A stretch of DNA of 64,000 nt, taken from NCBI GenBank assembly GCA_963781585.1, contig CAWAGQ010000010.1, forward strand, positions 160,001 through 224,000, in the 5' to 3' direction. The stretch comes from an uncultured Gemmatimonadaceae bacterium (GTDB lineage: Bacteria > Gemmatimonadota > Gemmatimonadetes > Gemmatimonadales > Gemmatimonadaceae). Positions 1-11,604 of this stretch are shown piece by piece. Each line of letters opens with the position of its first letter. The stretch's first letter is position 1. The notes below the pieces were generated by a model. It did no database searches. It saw only the letters and a list, made by a program, of their open reading frames with translations, and was not told where the DNA came from. Made by a program: the position numbers and the translations under genes.

Positions 1-20
1 TTCGAGTCCCTCCCGGCCTG
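1..20 (+). tRNA. 3' end of a tRNA gene, cut by the window edge (isotype not determinable)
   Basis: TTCGAGT T-loop, CCCTC T-stem strand, CCGGCCT acceptor strand and G discriminator, directly upstream of a tRNA cluster. Confidence 0.7.
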
Positions 21-109
21 CTACGCAATCATGAGGTCAGCGATCAGCGGTCAGTCATCCGTTCTTGGAGATCGGCGGTCGCATGGGAGCAATCCAGTGC
101 CACGGGTTG

Positions 110-182
110 GGCGGTATCGTCTAGAGGCCCAGGACACAGCCCTCTCAAGGCTGGAACACGGGTTCGAATCCCGTTACCGCTA
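110..182 (+). tRNA. tRNA-Glu(CTC)
   Basis: GGCGGTA/TACCGCT acceptor stem, anticodon arm CAGCC-CTCTCAA-GGCTG, GGTTCGAATCC T-arm. Confidence 0.95.
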
Positions 183-254
183 TGTAGCGAGATGGACCAC
201 GTCGGGAGGCGCATCGGGCGCGCACGTCGGCGCGTGGGCGGCGCGTTCACCGAG

Positions 255-326
255 GGCCCCATCGTCTATCGGTTAGGACGGCACTCTTTCAAGGTGCAGA
301 GACGGGTTCGACTCCCGTTGGGGCCA
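255..326 (+). tRNA. tRNA-Glu(TTC)
   Basis: GGCCCCA/TGGGGCC acceptor stem, anticodon arm GCACT-CTTTCAA-GGTGC, GGTTCGACTCC T-arm. Confidence 0.95.
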
Positions 327-366
327 TGACGGGACGCGGTGTCGTCAGGTGCAGGTCGAGGAAGTT

Positions 367-440
367 GGGGCTGTAGCTCAGCTGGTTAGAGTGCCGGTCT
401 GTCACACCGGAGGTCGCGGGTTCGAGCCCCGTCAGCCCCG
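367..440 (+). tRNA. tRNA-Asp(GTC)
   Basis: GGGGCTG/CAGCCCC acceptor stem, TAGCTCAGCTGGTTAGAG D-arm, CCGGT-CTGTCAC-ACCGG anticodon arm. Confidence 0.96.
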
Positions 441-443
441 TCG

Positions 444-535
444 GAGCAGCATTCAGTGTTCAGCGAGCAGCATTCAGATTCAGCTATCAGCGAGCAGCAT
501 TCAGATTCAGCTATCAGCGAGCAGCACTCAGCATT
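444..535 (+). repeat. Tandem repeat (27-bp unit GAGCAGCATTCAGATTCAGCTATCAGC x2 plus degenerate flanking copies)
   Basis: Exact copies at 465-491 and 492-518, partial copies at 444-464 and 519-535; built from TCAG-containing 6-7-mers. Confidence 0.85.
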
Positions 536-604
536 CCGCGTTGTGCGAGGAGCATTCCGCTTGGCACGGTGCGATCTGATCGCTGACCGCTGTCACTGTG
601 ATTC

Positions 605-686
605 GCCCTGGTGGTGAAATTGGTAGACACGCCATCTTGAGGGGGTGGTGCCGAAAGGCGTGGCGGTTCGAGTCCGCCCCAGGGCA
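605..686 (+). tRNA. tRNA-Leu(GAG)
   Basis: GCCCTGG/CCAGGGC acceptor stem, CCATC-TTGAGGG-GGTGG anticodon arm, long variable arm GCCGAAAGGC. Confidence 0.95.
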
Positions 687-716
687 TAACGGGAGTGACC
701 TCCGACCTGCAGTGAC

Positions 717-788
717 GCCAGCGTAGCTCAGTGGTAGAGCACCCGATTCGTAATCGGGCGGTCGTCGGTTCAATCCCGACCGCTGGCT
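717..788 (+). tRNA. tRNA-Thr(CGT)
   Basis: GCCAGCG/CGCTGGC acceptor stem, CCCGA-TTCGTAA-TCGGG anticodon arm, GGTTCAATCC T-arm. Confidence 0.95.
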
Positions 789-793
789 CTGAC

Positions 794-1906
794 TCACCGT
801 GCGTCGCCGCGTACCGCGTCGCGCGGCCGGACCGCGGCGAACAACAGCAGGGGGAGCGCCGCCACGAACCACGCGAACGCGCTGAACGACGCACCGGCAT
901 GCGTCACTGGCCGGACCACCTGACCCGCCAGCCAGGCGTGAACCCAGGTCGCGAGTGGCATCCCTGTGGCCCGCTCGAAGGCGGCGGCTGGCGCGTCTTC
1001 CGATGTCCAGAAGACGCGGAAGCGGTCCGGGTCGAGCTGACGAACCATGTCGGCCAGCAGGCGGCGCTTCAGCACCGACGCAGTCGGAGTCCAGATGGAA
1101 TCATGAGTCTCGAACGGGCCAAGGATGCCGGCGACGGACACGGACGAGCCCACCCCGGCTTCCGCCGTCGCGACCGGATCGAGACCGATCATCGTCAGGC
1201 ACGCAGATCCACCTCGTGCCGCGCATCTCGCGTCGTCTCCGGGGAGGGCGTACCACGACCCGCCATCGCGTCCCGCGCTGGTGACCGAGGCGGAGGTCCA
1301 GTCGGCCCAGCGTGCCGCGTCGTATTGCGTGCGCTCCAGCCAGTCCCGGATGCCGTGTCCGGGCATGCCGAAGGCCGCGAAGAACGCGCACGGACCATAC
1401 ACCTCGCCTGGGCTCAGCGGAGCATCCGTACGCCGCATGCGCGTCGCCGCAGCGCACACGCCGTCCGGCGACGCGGGAAGCAGGTACGTCACCTCGGCCC
1501 GATAGGGGCGCCGGTCCGCGCCCTTCTGCAGTGTCACGACGGTGGTGTCCAGGAACACCACCGCCGAAGCGCCAATGGGTCCGCGGGCCAGCGGTTCGCC
1601 TGCCCGTTGCAAGGTCGTCTCCAGCCTCCGCCGCTCCGCGGGCGGGAGAGAGGCGTCGACAACGGCGGTGCGGACGCCATGCGCCGTCACAGTGCGCCAG
1701 CGCTCTGCGCCAAGCATCCCGCGATACCGGGCAAGGGCGCGGTCCAGGGCCGCTGACGACGAGCGAAGCCGCGCGCGTTCGATCTCCAGCCGTCTCGCGT
1801 CAGGCGTGGCCGGCAGCCGGATACCGCCCAGCGGGATGGTCGCTGTGGCAATCGCGACCGCGGTGCACAGCCCGACCACGAGCGCCACCCATCTGGCGAA
1901 CCTCAT
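794..1906 (-). CDS. Hypothetical membrane-anchored protein (N- and C-terminal TM), last gene of the Ytr-like operon
   Basis: Start MRFARWVALVVGL overlaps the upstream stop (ATGA); C-terminal hydrophobic helix; paralogous to 1903-3132. Confidence 0.7.
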   Translation of the reverse strand: MRFARWVALVVGLCTAVAIATATIPLGGIRLPATPDARRLEIERARLRSSSAALDRALARYRGMLGAERWRTVTAHGVRTAVVDASLPPAERRRLETTLQRAGEPLARGPIGASAVVFLDTTVVTLQKGADRRPYRAEVTYLLPASPDGVCAAATRMRRTDAPLSPGEVYGPCAFFAAFGMPGHGIRDWLERTQYDAARWADWTSASVTSAGRDGGSWYALPGDDARCAARGGSACLTMIGLDPVATAEAGVGSSVSVAGILGPFETHDSIWTPTASVLKRRLLADMVRQLDPDRFRVFWTSEDAPAAAFERATGMPLATWVHAWLAGQVVRPVTHAGASFSAFAWFVAALPLLLFAAVRPRDAVRGDAR

Positions 1907-3132
1907 ATCCATGATCCCCTCCGGACCACCGCAAACGCCAGGAAGACGCCGCACCAGGCGAGTGTGAAGAACGCCGTCGACGCGGAGACTCGCGCTGCTT
2001 CCGGTCGGGCCGCCGCAACGTGGTCGCGCCACTGCCCGACCACGCGCTCCAACGGCAGCCCGGCCGCGGCCGTCAGGCGCTCCTCGATTGAGCCGCGCGC
2101 CGTCATGAGGCGCGCGTAGGCGTCGGAGCCGCCCGCGCGCAGCACGTCGTCGAGAAAGAGCCGGCGCGCCAGCGCGGATGCAGGAAGCGGAACCGAGGTT
2201 TGAGAAATGGCCCGGGCGGCAGTCACGCACGCATCGGCGTCCCCGGTGCGGCGGCAGCGCGCCGCGGCCGCAACCCCCGCAGAGTCGTCCGAGTGTACGC
2301 TCACCAGGCTGAAGAGGGCTCGATAGTCGGATGCATCGTACCACGCGGTGAGGCGATTCTCGGTGGATTGGAGGCCGAGGGCGCTCAGACACGCCCCCGC
2401 GTCTCCCGTGCGGCACCGCCGCATAACCGCGCTTCGCACGGTGGCGATCTCGGTGTACGCCCGTGTCCAGTCGGCGCGGGCCGGCTCCTGCAGTGGAACG
2501 GTCTGCACCATGAGCCACGCCCCGAGCGTGGAGTCGGCCCCCTCAAGCGCGACCCGCTCTGCGAAGTTGACAAGATGGTCGGCGATCTGCGACGCCGAGG
2601 CACTCCCGGTCGCCACCGCTCGACGGTCCCATGCGACCCGGCCAGTGTCCGCCGCGAACCAGACGACCCGTTCGGTGCCGAGTCGGATGGCCAGACTATC
2701 CGTGCCGATCACCGGTTGTCGCCGGCCGAGCCGGTCGCCTAGCGCGTGGCCGCCCCTGGCGCCGACGGCTTCGGTGGCGAGTACCGCCGCGGCTCGCACG
2801 CGATCGCGCAGCGCGGCCGTGGTCCGCAGATGGAACAGGCCGACATTCACCTCCACCCATTCGACCCGATTCATCAGTGCGTGGGCGAGAGAATCGTACG
2901 CAGACCGGCGGACCATCCGCAGCGAATCGAGCCGCGCGATCTCGCGCGCCGCGCTGTCGAGCGACGCGTCGTGCTGGCTGATGCGCAGAGACGGGCCGCG
3001 ACGTCCGCCCCCGGGCATGGTGCGAAGGCCACCAGCTGCAGCCGGATACCCGTTAGGCAGCGCACCTGCCAGGCTGGTCGTGAGGCACCACGGCAGGATC
3101 GCCGCGGCCAGCCAGCGGCGTGGCTCAGACAT
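1903..3132 (-). CDS. Hypothetical exported/membrane-anchored protein
   Basis: 409 aa, signal-like N-terminus, C-terminal TM, overlapping start/stop with both neighbours. Confidence 0.7.
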   Translation of the reverse strand: MSEPRRWLAAAILPWCLTTSLAGALPNGYPAAAGGLRTMPGGGRRGPSLRISQHDASLDSAAREIARLDSLRMVRRSAYDSLAHALMNRVEWVEVNVGLFHLRTTAALRDRVRAAAVLATEAVGARGGHALGDRLGRRQPVIGTDSLAIRLGTERVVWFAADTGRVAWDRRAVATGSASASQIADHLVNFAERVALEGADSTLGAWLMVQTVPLQEPARADWTRAYTEIATVRSAVMRRCRTGDAGACLSALGLQSTENRLTAWYDASDYRALFSLVSVHSDDSAGVAAAARCRRTGDADACVTAARAISQTSVPLPASALARRLFLDDVLRAGGSDAYARLMTARGSIEERLTAAAGLPLERVVGQWRDHVAAARPEAARVSASTAFFTLAWCGVFLAFAVVRRGSWI

Positions 3133-3784
3133 CGAACAGCGTCCAGCGTCCGAAGAAGACGCCGAACGGCCCCGGGTGCGAGACCAGAAAGTCCGCGGTG
3201 GACGACACGATGCGGCCCGCTCCTGGCGCGATCAGCCGGCCCACCAGGAACACGCCGACGCTGCCCACCAGCAGGAGCAGCAGAACGCCCTTGGCCCGCC
3301 TGCCCGCACCATAGCGCAGGGCGAACGTGCACGAGTGGGCGAGCCACGCCGCCAGGATCGTCCGCAGCGCGAGGGAGCCCGCGTACGCCCGGATCGTTGG
3401 TGGCACCTGCACCTGCCCGGCCGCCAGCAGTCCGCCTAACCAGAGAGCCAGACCGGGCAGCACCAGGAGCAGGAAGGCGGTCAGCGATCTCCCCACCAGA
3501 AAGCGGGCCCGGGTCACCGGCAAGGCAAGGGCGTACACGTGCCCCACCCGGTCGTCCACGCTGTACCCCTGGGCGGCAATGGTCACGCCGCTCAACACCG
3601 CGAGCACCGCGCCGCCGCCGCCGATGAAGCGCCCCAGTTCGAGGAGCTCGGTGGGGGCCGGCTGCCCGATCATCGGCAAGGCGATCCAGAGGAAGACCAG
3701 CGGAATCGCGAACCCAAGCACGATGAAGAATGCAAGCAGGTCGCGACCCCATTTCCATTGGGCGAAGAGTTGCTGGGCGAACAT
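3125..3784 (-). CDS. ABC-2-type permease-like membrane protein
   Basis: Start MFAQQL at 3784 coupled to the ATPase stop; several TM helices; ALPVTRARFL motif typical of ABC-2 permeases. Confidence 0.75.
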   Translation of the reverse strand: MFAQQLFAQWKWGRDLLAFFIVLGFAIPLVFLWIALPMIGQPAPTELLELGRFIGGGGAVLAVLSGVTIAAQGYSVDDRVGHVYALALPVTRARFLVGRSLTAFLLLVLPGLALWLGGLLAAGQVQVPPTIRAYAGSLALRTILAAWLAHSCTFALRYGAGRRAKGVLLLLLVGSVGVFLVGRLIAPGAGRIVSSTADFLVSHPGPFGVFFGRWTLFDV

Positions 3785-4689
3785 CAGGCAGCCCTCCCGC
3801 CGGCGGCGCGCGCCGCCCGCAGCGTTTCCACGAACGTCTCCTCCAGGTCGAGGTCCACCACTTCGCGGAGCGTCAGGTCGTGCCGGCAGAACCACTGCGC
3901 CATCTCCTCGCGCCAATCGCGCACCACCCATTCCTCCTCCCGCCCGGCGCTTCCCCGGCGGGTGATGACGCGGAACGGCGGCGTAGCGGTGACTGGCGGC
4001 GCACCGGCGATGCGCAGCACCTTGAGCTCCCGCTTGAACTCGTGCATCGGCATCTCTGCCACCAGCCGTCCGCCGTCGAGCACACCAATCCAGTCGCACA
4101 CGCGCTCCTGCTCGTGCACCAGATGGCTCGAGATCAGCACCGAGGCGTCGTGGGCCGCGACGTACTCCAGTACCGCCGTGAGCACGTCGCGCCTGACGAC
4201 GGGATCGAGCCCGTCGGTCGGTTCATCGAGCACCAGCAGCTCGGGGCGCGTGGCCAGCGCGAGCAGAATCATCAGCTTCCCGGCTTCACCCTTCGACAGG
4301 CGCCCGACCAGGTCTTCACCGCGGAGTCCGAAGCTCCGACGGAGCTCCTCGGCTGCCGACGGGTCCCACGACGGATAGAAGGCGGCGTGATAACGCATGC
4401 TCTCGTCCACGCTCAGCATGGGATAGAGATGCAGGCGCTCCGGCACGTACCCGATCCGCGCCAGCGCCGACGGCGCGCCACCTGGCATGTCGTGCCCCAG
4501 GACGGTGATCGTACCTCCCTCGGGCCGTAGCATGCCCAGCAGCAACCGGATCGTAGTCGTCTTGCCCGACCCGTTAGGCCCCAGGAATCCGTAGACCGCG
4601 CCGCGCGGCACCGTCAGGCAGAGGTCGCGAATGGCGAAATGGCGTCCCGCGCGGTACGCGAGGCCGTCGATACGAATGGCGTCGTTCAT
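3784..4689 (-). CDS. ABC transporter ATP-binding protein (YtrB-like)
   Basis: Walker A GPNGSGKTT, signature LSKGE, Walker B LLVLDEPT, H-loop SSH. Confidence 0.95.
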   Translation of the reverse strand: MNDAIRIDGLAYRAGRHFAIRDLCLTVPRGAVYGFLGPNGSGKTTTIRLLLGMLRPEGGTITVLGHDMPGGAPSALARIGYVPERLHLYPMLSVDESMRYHAAFYPSWDPSAAEELRRSFGLRGEDLVGRLSKGEAGKLMILLALATRPELLVLDEPTDGLDPVVRRDVLTAVLEYVAAHDASVLISSHLVHEQERVCDWIGVLDGGRLVAEMPMHEFKRELKVLRIAGAPPVTATPPFRVITRRGSAGREEEWVVRDWREEMAQWFCRHDLTLREVVDLDLEETFVETLRAARAAGGRAA

Positions 4690-5063
4690 GCCTTGGCTCC
4701 CAGCTCGGCGTCGATCACCCTGCGAAGATCGGCCGGGCAGATGGCGAGGCGCGCGGCCTGCTCGAGCAGGTTTCGGACGAGCCGGCGCGCCTCCTGTTCG
4801 CGGGTGCGAGCGCGTCGCTCGGTTGAGAGCGCGGCGACGAAGGTACCGGCACCCTGCTTCATGTCCACGACCCCTTCGTGCTCCAGTTCGCGATAGGCCT
4901 GAACCACCGTGGCCGGATTCACGCGCAACTGCGAGGCGAGGACGCGCACCGAGGGCAGGGAATCACCGGCCGCCAGCTCGCCCGCGGCCACCGCCACACG
5001 CACGCGCGCGGCGATCTGGGCATACATCGGGGTGGGACTGCGAGGATCGATTTGATTGAACAC
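4686..5063 (-). CDS. GntR family transcriptional regulator (YtrA subfamily)
   Basis: P.YAQI...LPSVR.LA..L.VNPATV..AYRELE..G...G.GTFV; short C-domain; upstream of an ABC ATPase. Confidence 0.93.
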   Translation of the reverse strand: MFNQIDPRSPTPMYAQIAARVRVAVAAGELAAGDSLPSVRVLASQLRVNPATVVQAYRELEHEGVVDMKQGAGTFVAALSTERRARTREQEARRLVRNLLEQAARLAICPADLRRVIDAELGAKA

Positions 5064-5070
5064 GGGTCCA

Positions 5071-5102
5071 CTGTGTCGGTGTTGTCATACACTACGACTC
5101 AG
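5071..5102. promoter_or_regulatory. Possible YtrA-type operator (imperfect palindrome)
   Basis: CTGTGTCG...CGACTCAG dyad just upstream of the GntR start; weak. Confidence 0.3.
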
Positions 5103-5335
5103 GGCCCGGGAGGTAACGGTGGGGTGGGAGGCCACGGGAGATCAGGAGGTCGGAGGTGAGGAGGCGGCGGCGGAAGTCAGAAAGCGGAGGCCGGCAGCCA
5201 GCCCACAACCCGCGCGCACGCCCTGTCCCCGCCCGCTGGCCGACACGCGAAGGGGGACCTACGTTCACAAGGCTGTGACGCCGGCGTCAGCGCCCGCGGT
5301 CGGCCTGCGACGGTGGGTGCTTCTCCCCGTGGCGA

Positions 5336-7426
5336 ATGCCGCGCCCGACTCCTTTCTCCATGATCGCAACCAACGCCATCCGCGCGTCGATTACGCTGCT
5401 TCCAGCGACGCTCCTTCTCGTCTTCTCCGGTGCGTGCACCGCATCGAGGGTTGCGCCGCACGGACCGCCTATCGACCGCGCCGACCTGGACACGACCTGC
5501 GCGCCCTGCTCGGACTTCTATCAGTTCGCCAACGGCGGCTGGCTTGCGCGCGACTCGATTCCGTCGGCGATGCCGTCGTGGGGCACCTTCGAAGTGCTGC
5601 AGGATCACAATCAGATGGTCCTGCACGAGATCCTCGAGCGGGATGCCGCGGCTGCGGGGAAGGGCGCCCTCACCGACGGGAGCGCGGGGTGGAAGGTCGG
5701 GATGTACTACGCCTCATGCATGGACACGGTCACCATCGACAAGCTCGGCGCAGCGCCACTCAAGCCGGTGCTGGACGTGATTGCGGCGGTGCGGACACGA
5801 CAGGATCTGCAGAACGCCCTGGGAGAGTTGGAGCACATGGCCGGCCTCGCGCCTTGGGGCGATGGCTCGACGCCGGACGCGAAGGACGCGACTTCCGTCA
5901 TCGGCGCACTCTCGCAAGGCGGGCTCTCCCTGCCCAACACGGACTACTACTCGAAGACGGACTCGGCGACCCAGAAGATCCGCGATGCGTTCGTCGCGCA
6001 CGCCGCGAAAATGTTCGAGTTGCTGGGCGATGCGAGCGACACGGCGGCCGCCGAAGCGAGGACGGTGCTCGCAATGGAGACACGGTTGGCGAACGTCTCG
6101 AAAGCACCCGTCGAGCTGCGCGACCCGAATGCCAATTACCACAAGATGACGGTGGCGCAACTGAGCAGGTTGACGCCCCATTTCGAGTGGGCGGCGTTCT
6201 TCAACGCGCAGCGCGCACCGGTGATTCCGGCGATCGACGTGGGACAACCGGAGTTCTTCAAGGGACTCGACGCGATGCTCACGTCCGCCCCGCTGGCAGA
6301 CTGGAGGACACTCCTCCGTTGGCGGGCCGTGCACTCGGCGGCACCGTATCTCAGCTCGCCCTTTGTCGCCGAAAACTTCAGCTTCCGGCAGCTGTTCAGC
6401 GGTGCCAGGGAGAACCTCCCGCGGTGGAAACGGTGCGTGAACTCGACCGACACCCGGCTTGGCGAGCTGCTCGGACAGGAGTACGTCAAGGAGACGTTCA
6501 CGCCCGAGGCAAAGGCGCGCGCGGTGACTATCGTGGGCAACCTGGTCGACGCGCTCCGGGCCGACCTGCAGCGGCTGGACTGGATGGGCGACTCGACCAG
6601 GACCCGGGCGCTCGGCAAACTGGACGCGTTCACGCGGAAGATCGGATATCCGGACAAGTGGCGCGACTACTCGAGCCTGACGATTGCCCCAGGCCAGTAT
6701 CTCACCAACGTCAGGGCCGGCGATCAGTTCGAGGCGGCGCGGGACTGGGCCAAGATCGGCAAGCCGGTCGACCGCACCGAGTGGGGCATGACGCCGCCCA
6801 CCGTAGACGCATACTACAACCCGCTGCTGAACGAGATCGTCTTCCCTGCCGGCATCCTCCAGCCGCCGTTCTACGATCCGGACGCGGACGACGCCGTGAA
6901 TTACGGCGCGATGGGGGCGGTGATTGGTCACGAGATGACGCACGGCTTCGACGACGAGGGGCGACAGTTCGACAAGGACGGTAACCTGAAGGACTGGTGG
7001 AGCGCTGCCGACGCGGCCAAGTACAGCGCCCAGGCCGAGGCGGTGGTGCGGCAGTTCAATGCCTACACCGTGCTTGACTCTGCCACGCACGTGAACGGCA
7101 GTCTTACGCTCGGTGAGAACATCGCCGACTTCGGCGGCCTCACCGTCTCGTACGCGGCGATGGAGAAGGCATTGGGCGATGCACCGCGCACGAAGATCGA
7201 CGGGTTCACTCCGGAGCAGCGGTTCTTTCTCGCATGGGCGAAGGCCTGGCGCACGCTGGAGCGGCCGGAATACGCGCGCATGCGCGTGAGCGCCGATCCG
7301 CACGCACCGCACAAGTGGCGGGTGAACGGACCACTCAGCAACATGCCCGAGTTTCGCCAGGCCTGGGGATGTGCGGCGAGCGATTCGATGGTGCGCGCCG
7401 ACAGCCTGCGGCCCCGGATCTGGTAA
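5336..7426 (+). CDS. M13 family zinc metallopeptidase (PepO/neprilysin-like), probably lipoprotein or exported
   Basis: PCSDFYQFANGGW, VDAYY, NEIVFPAGILQPPF, HEMTH, GENIAD motifs; start could be 5360. Confidence 0.95.
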   Translation: MPRPTPFSMIATNAIRASITLLPATLLLVFSGACTASRVAPHGPPIDRADLDTTCAPCSDFYQFANGGWLARDSIPSAMPSWGTFEVLQDHNQMVLHEILERDAAAAGKGALTDGSAGWKVGMYYASCMDTVTIDKLGAAPLKPVLDVIAAVRTRQDLQNALGELEHMAGLAPWGDGSTPDAKDATSVIGALSQGGLSLPNTDYYSKTDSATQKIRDAFVAHAAKMFELLGDASDTAAAEARTVLAMETRLANVSKAPVELRDPNANYHKMTVAQLSRLTPHFEWAAFFNAQRAPVIPAIDVGQPEFFKGLDAMLTSAPLADWRTLLRWRAVHSAAPYLSSPFVAENFSFRQLFSGARENLPRWKRCVNSTDTRLGELLGQEYVKETFTPEAKARAVTIVGNLVDALRADLQRLDWMGDSTRTRALGKLDAFTRKIGYPDKWRDYSSLTIAPGQYLTNVRAGDQFEAARDWAKIGKPVDRTEWGMTPPTVDAYYNPLLNEIVFPAGILQPPFYDPDADDAVNYGAMGAVIGHEMTHGFDDEGRQFDKDGNLKDWWSAADAAKYSAQAEAVVRQFNAYTVLDSATHVNGSLTLGENIADFGGLTVSYAAMEKALGDAPRTKIDGFTPEQRFFLAWAKAWRTLERPEYARMRVSADPHAPHKWRVNGPLSNMPEFRQAWGCAASDSMVRADSLRPRIW

Positions 7427-7540
7427 CGGCGCGGTCGATGGTCCACTGCGTCGCCTGCCACGATGGTGATATTCGTTGACGCCGGTCGCGGAGCCCGGCG
7501 AGCCTGACATGATCCTTCGACTGCCACTCCTCCCTGCGCA

Positions 7541-8446
7541 ATGAAGAACAGAGCGTTCTGGTTCGTCCTGACGGCCTGCATCGGTGCGGACGCGCACGCC
7601 CAGGGGTCGGCCCCGCAGCCCGCCCAGCACGGCGCCAGTCCGACCGTCTCGCCCGATGGACGTCGCATCGCCTTCATGTCGGACCGCGCGAGTTCCGGGG
7701 ACGTGTACGTGGCGAACGCGGACGGCTCGGACGTTCGTCGCATCACCAGCGATGGCGGTCATCATGGTCGCGCATACTGGAGCCCGGATGGGCAGCACCT
7801 CTGGATTGCAATTTCGGCGCACGACACCGCGCGGGTCCTTTCCGTGCCGGTGAACGGTGGGGCGGCGGTTGAGCTCGGCCGATTCGAAGCGCGAGGTGGC
7901 GCGCGTCCGATCGCCGACGAATCACACTTCCTGCTGGGCGTTGGCGGATGGACCGACATGCAGCTCGTCACGTCGCGTGCGGACGGGTCGGGGCGCGTGC
8001 AACTCACCTCGGATCACGCTGCCTACTGGTGTCCGGGCGTGTCGGCCCGCGGCGACCTGGTGGCCGCCACCCGGAGCGACGCCGCCGGAATGCAGATCTG
8101 GGTGGTGGGCAGGGACGGATCGGGTGGCCACGCCGTCTCGCAGTTCACGAAGGCTCAGGGTGGGCCCCAGTGTGCTTCCTTCTCCGCCGATGGCCGCCAC
8201 ATCGCGGTGCAGGCCGAGGTTGCCTTTCCGCAGGACACGACGCGTACCGTCGGCCACATCTGGGTGGTCGAGTTGGCGACGGGGCACGCCACACGCCTGG
8301 GCGAGCACACCGCCCCCTACCACGATGAGCTCCCGTCGTGGTTTCCTGATGGGAAACGGCTTGCGTTTCAGAGCGATCGCACCGGACGCTGGGAGGTGTG
8401 GGTGATGAATGCGGACGGAACGGAGGCGCACCAGGTCACGCGTTAG
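7541..8446 (+). CDS. TolB-like PD40 beta-propeller protein, exported
   Basis: Repeated SPDGRRIAFMSDR / WFPDGKRLAFQSDR and NADGS motifs; signal peptide. Confidence 0.88.
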   Translation: MKNRAFWFVLTACIGADAHAQGSAPQPAQHGASPTVSPDGRRIAFMSDRASSGDVYVANADGSDVRRITSDGGHHGRAYWSPDGQHLWIAISAHDTARVLSVPVNGGAAVELGRFEARGGARPIADESHFLLGVGGWTDMQLVTSRADGSGRVQLTSDHAAYWCPGVSARGDLVAATRSDAAGMQIWVVGRDGSGGHAVSQFTKAQGGPQCASFSADGRHIAVQAEVAFPQDTTRTVGHIWVVELATGHATRLGEHTAPYHDELPSWFPDGKRLAFQSDRTGRWEVWVMNADGTEAHQVTR

Positions 8447-8733
8447 GCGGGGATGCTCACGCCGTGCCTCAGCCGTCGTCCACTCCTGGCGAGGCAGACG
8501 AACCGAAGCTGGCGGCATGCCGAGCACGTCGCGTGGAGTTCAAGCGGCTCGGCGAGTGGGCGGCGTTCCTGTCGCTCATGCTGGAGCCGAGGCGCAGCGG
8601 GAACGCGCGGCGCCTGCCGCGGCCCCTGGCGGATCGAGGTAATGGAGCAGCTTTTCCTGTTCGGTCCGAGGGCACGCGACATCCTCGCATCCCCGTGCGC
8701 ACAGGTTACTATCAGGAACCCCCCACGAAGTCC

Positions 8734-9174
8734 ATGGCATCATCCTGGAATGCATCACCCACAGCGAAGGCCAAGAACGCCGTACAGCGAGCGGTGACGT
8801 CCTTGTTGGACGAACTCGCTCCGGAGCGGGTGCTGAAGCGCGTCGAGCAGATTCCGGGCCCCATCGAGCAGCACCGCACGCCGACCGGCTGCGTGCTCCA
8901 GGCCGAGAACGCCGCGGTCAGTGTGAGCTGGTTCGCCGAGGCCGGGAATGACGCTGCCTTTGGTGAGCTTCAGGTCATCGTCTGGCGCGGCACCGTGACG
9001 CGGCGAGGTGCGCCACGCGCCGGAAGGGCCGCCACGACCGTGGCGGAGTTCGTCTTGCGCCCGGTCGAGCCGCCGGCGGATCCATGCATGTGGGAAGCGG
9101 CCGACGGGACGCGATACGATACGGCGGCGCTCGCGGCACGGTGCCTGGCACTTCTGGCCGAGCAGCTCTCCTGA
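8734..9174 (+). CDS. Hypothetical protein
   Basis: ATG at 8734 (MASSWNASP), 146 aa with protein-like composition; start uncertain. Confidence 0.6.
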   Translation: MASSWNASPTAKAKNAVQRAVTSLLDELAPERVLKRVEQIPGPIEQHRTPTGCVLQAENAAVSVSWFAEAGNDAAFGELQVIVWRGTVTRRGAPRAGRAATTVAEFVLRPVEPPADPCMWEAADGTRYDTAALAARCLALLAEQLS

Positions 9175-9273
9175 GCGCTGACCGTCACCATGAGGCGCAG
9201 GTGCTGGACAGGGGAGCGGCCGGGTCTATTGCGGTTTCGCGAGAGTGAATAGGTTTCGGCGCGAGAGGCCCCT

Positions 9274-10987
<1,714 letters not shown>

Positions 10988-10991
<4 letters not shown>

Positions 10992-11437
10992 GCTACCTCC
11001 ACCAGTTCACCGATGCGTTGCTGGCCGTCGGACGGTTCCGTCGCCACTTCGCGATCCGACGTTGCAATATACTGCTCGAACTTCGCGCGCTCGATATACC
11101 AAACGCCTTCGTGCTTCTGCGCGCCGATCGAATCGGGCTTGTGTTTGCAGAGCCACCGCAACGTGCTCACGGGCATGCCACAAATCGCGTGCACATCCGC
11201 GATCGTCAGGTGAAGCCGGGTATCCCTGGCAGTGTTGATGGCTTCCGTGAGTTCACGAACACAATTGGCAAGTGTCATGACGGCGTCCGAGCCGGGCGAT
11301 CGTCGGCGAAGCACGACAAGTTCCGCGTCCCACTGGCGGAGTAGCGATATGGCAGGGCCCGCGACGATGAGGGTTGGCGCGCCAAGCCCCACGAACTCAC
11401 GAGTCGTCTCATTGGTGCCACGCGCAGTATCGACCAT
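10988..11437 (-). CDS. Excisionase-like HTH protein
   Basis: LTIADVHAICGMPVSTLRWLC...AQKHEGVWYI winged HTH pattern; coupled to the integrase start. Confidence 0.6.
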
Positions 11438-11604
11438 GTGGATGGCTGATCCTTGAGGCTCAACTGTCGCGTTCTAGGTGGTCGAGAAGCAGGCGAGGCG
11501 AGTCTACGCCCCACTAATCGGTACCACGAAATGGAGCCGATAGTTCTGGAAGTCTGGAGTCGAACGGTGCCCTCGGTCGCGAAGTACTGACAAGTGGAGC
11601 GCAA

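Noticed and set aside
31..900. Small ORFs over the tRNA cluster
   Set aside because: They are translations of tRNA genes and repeats
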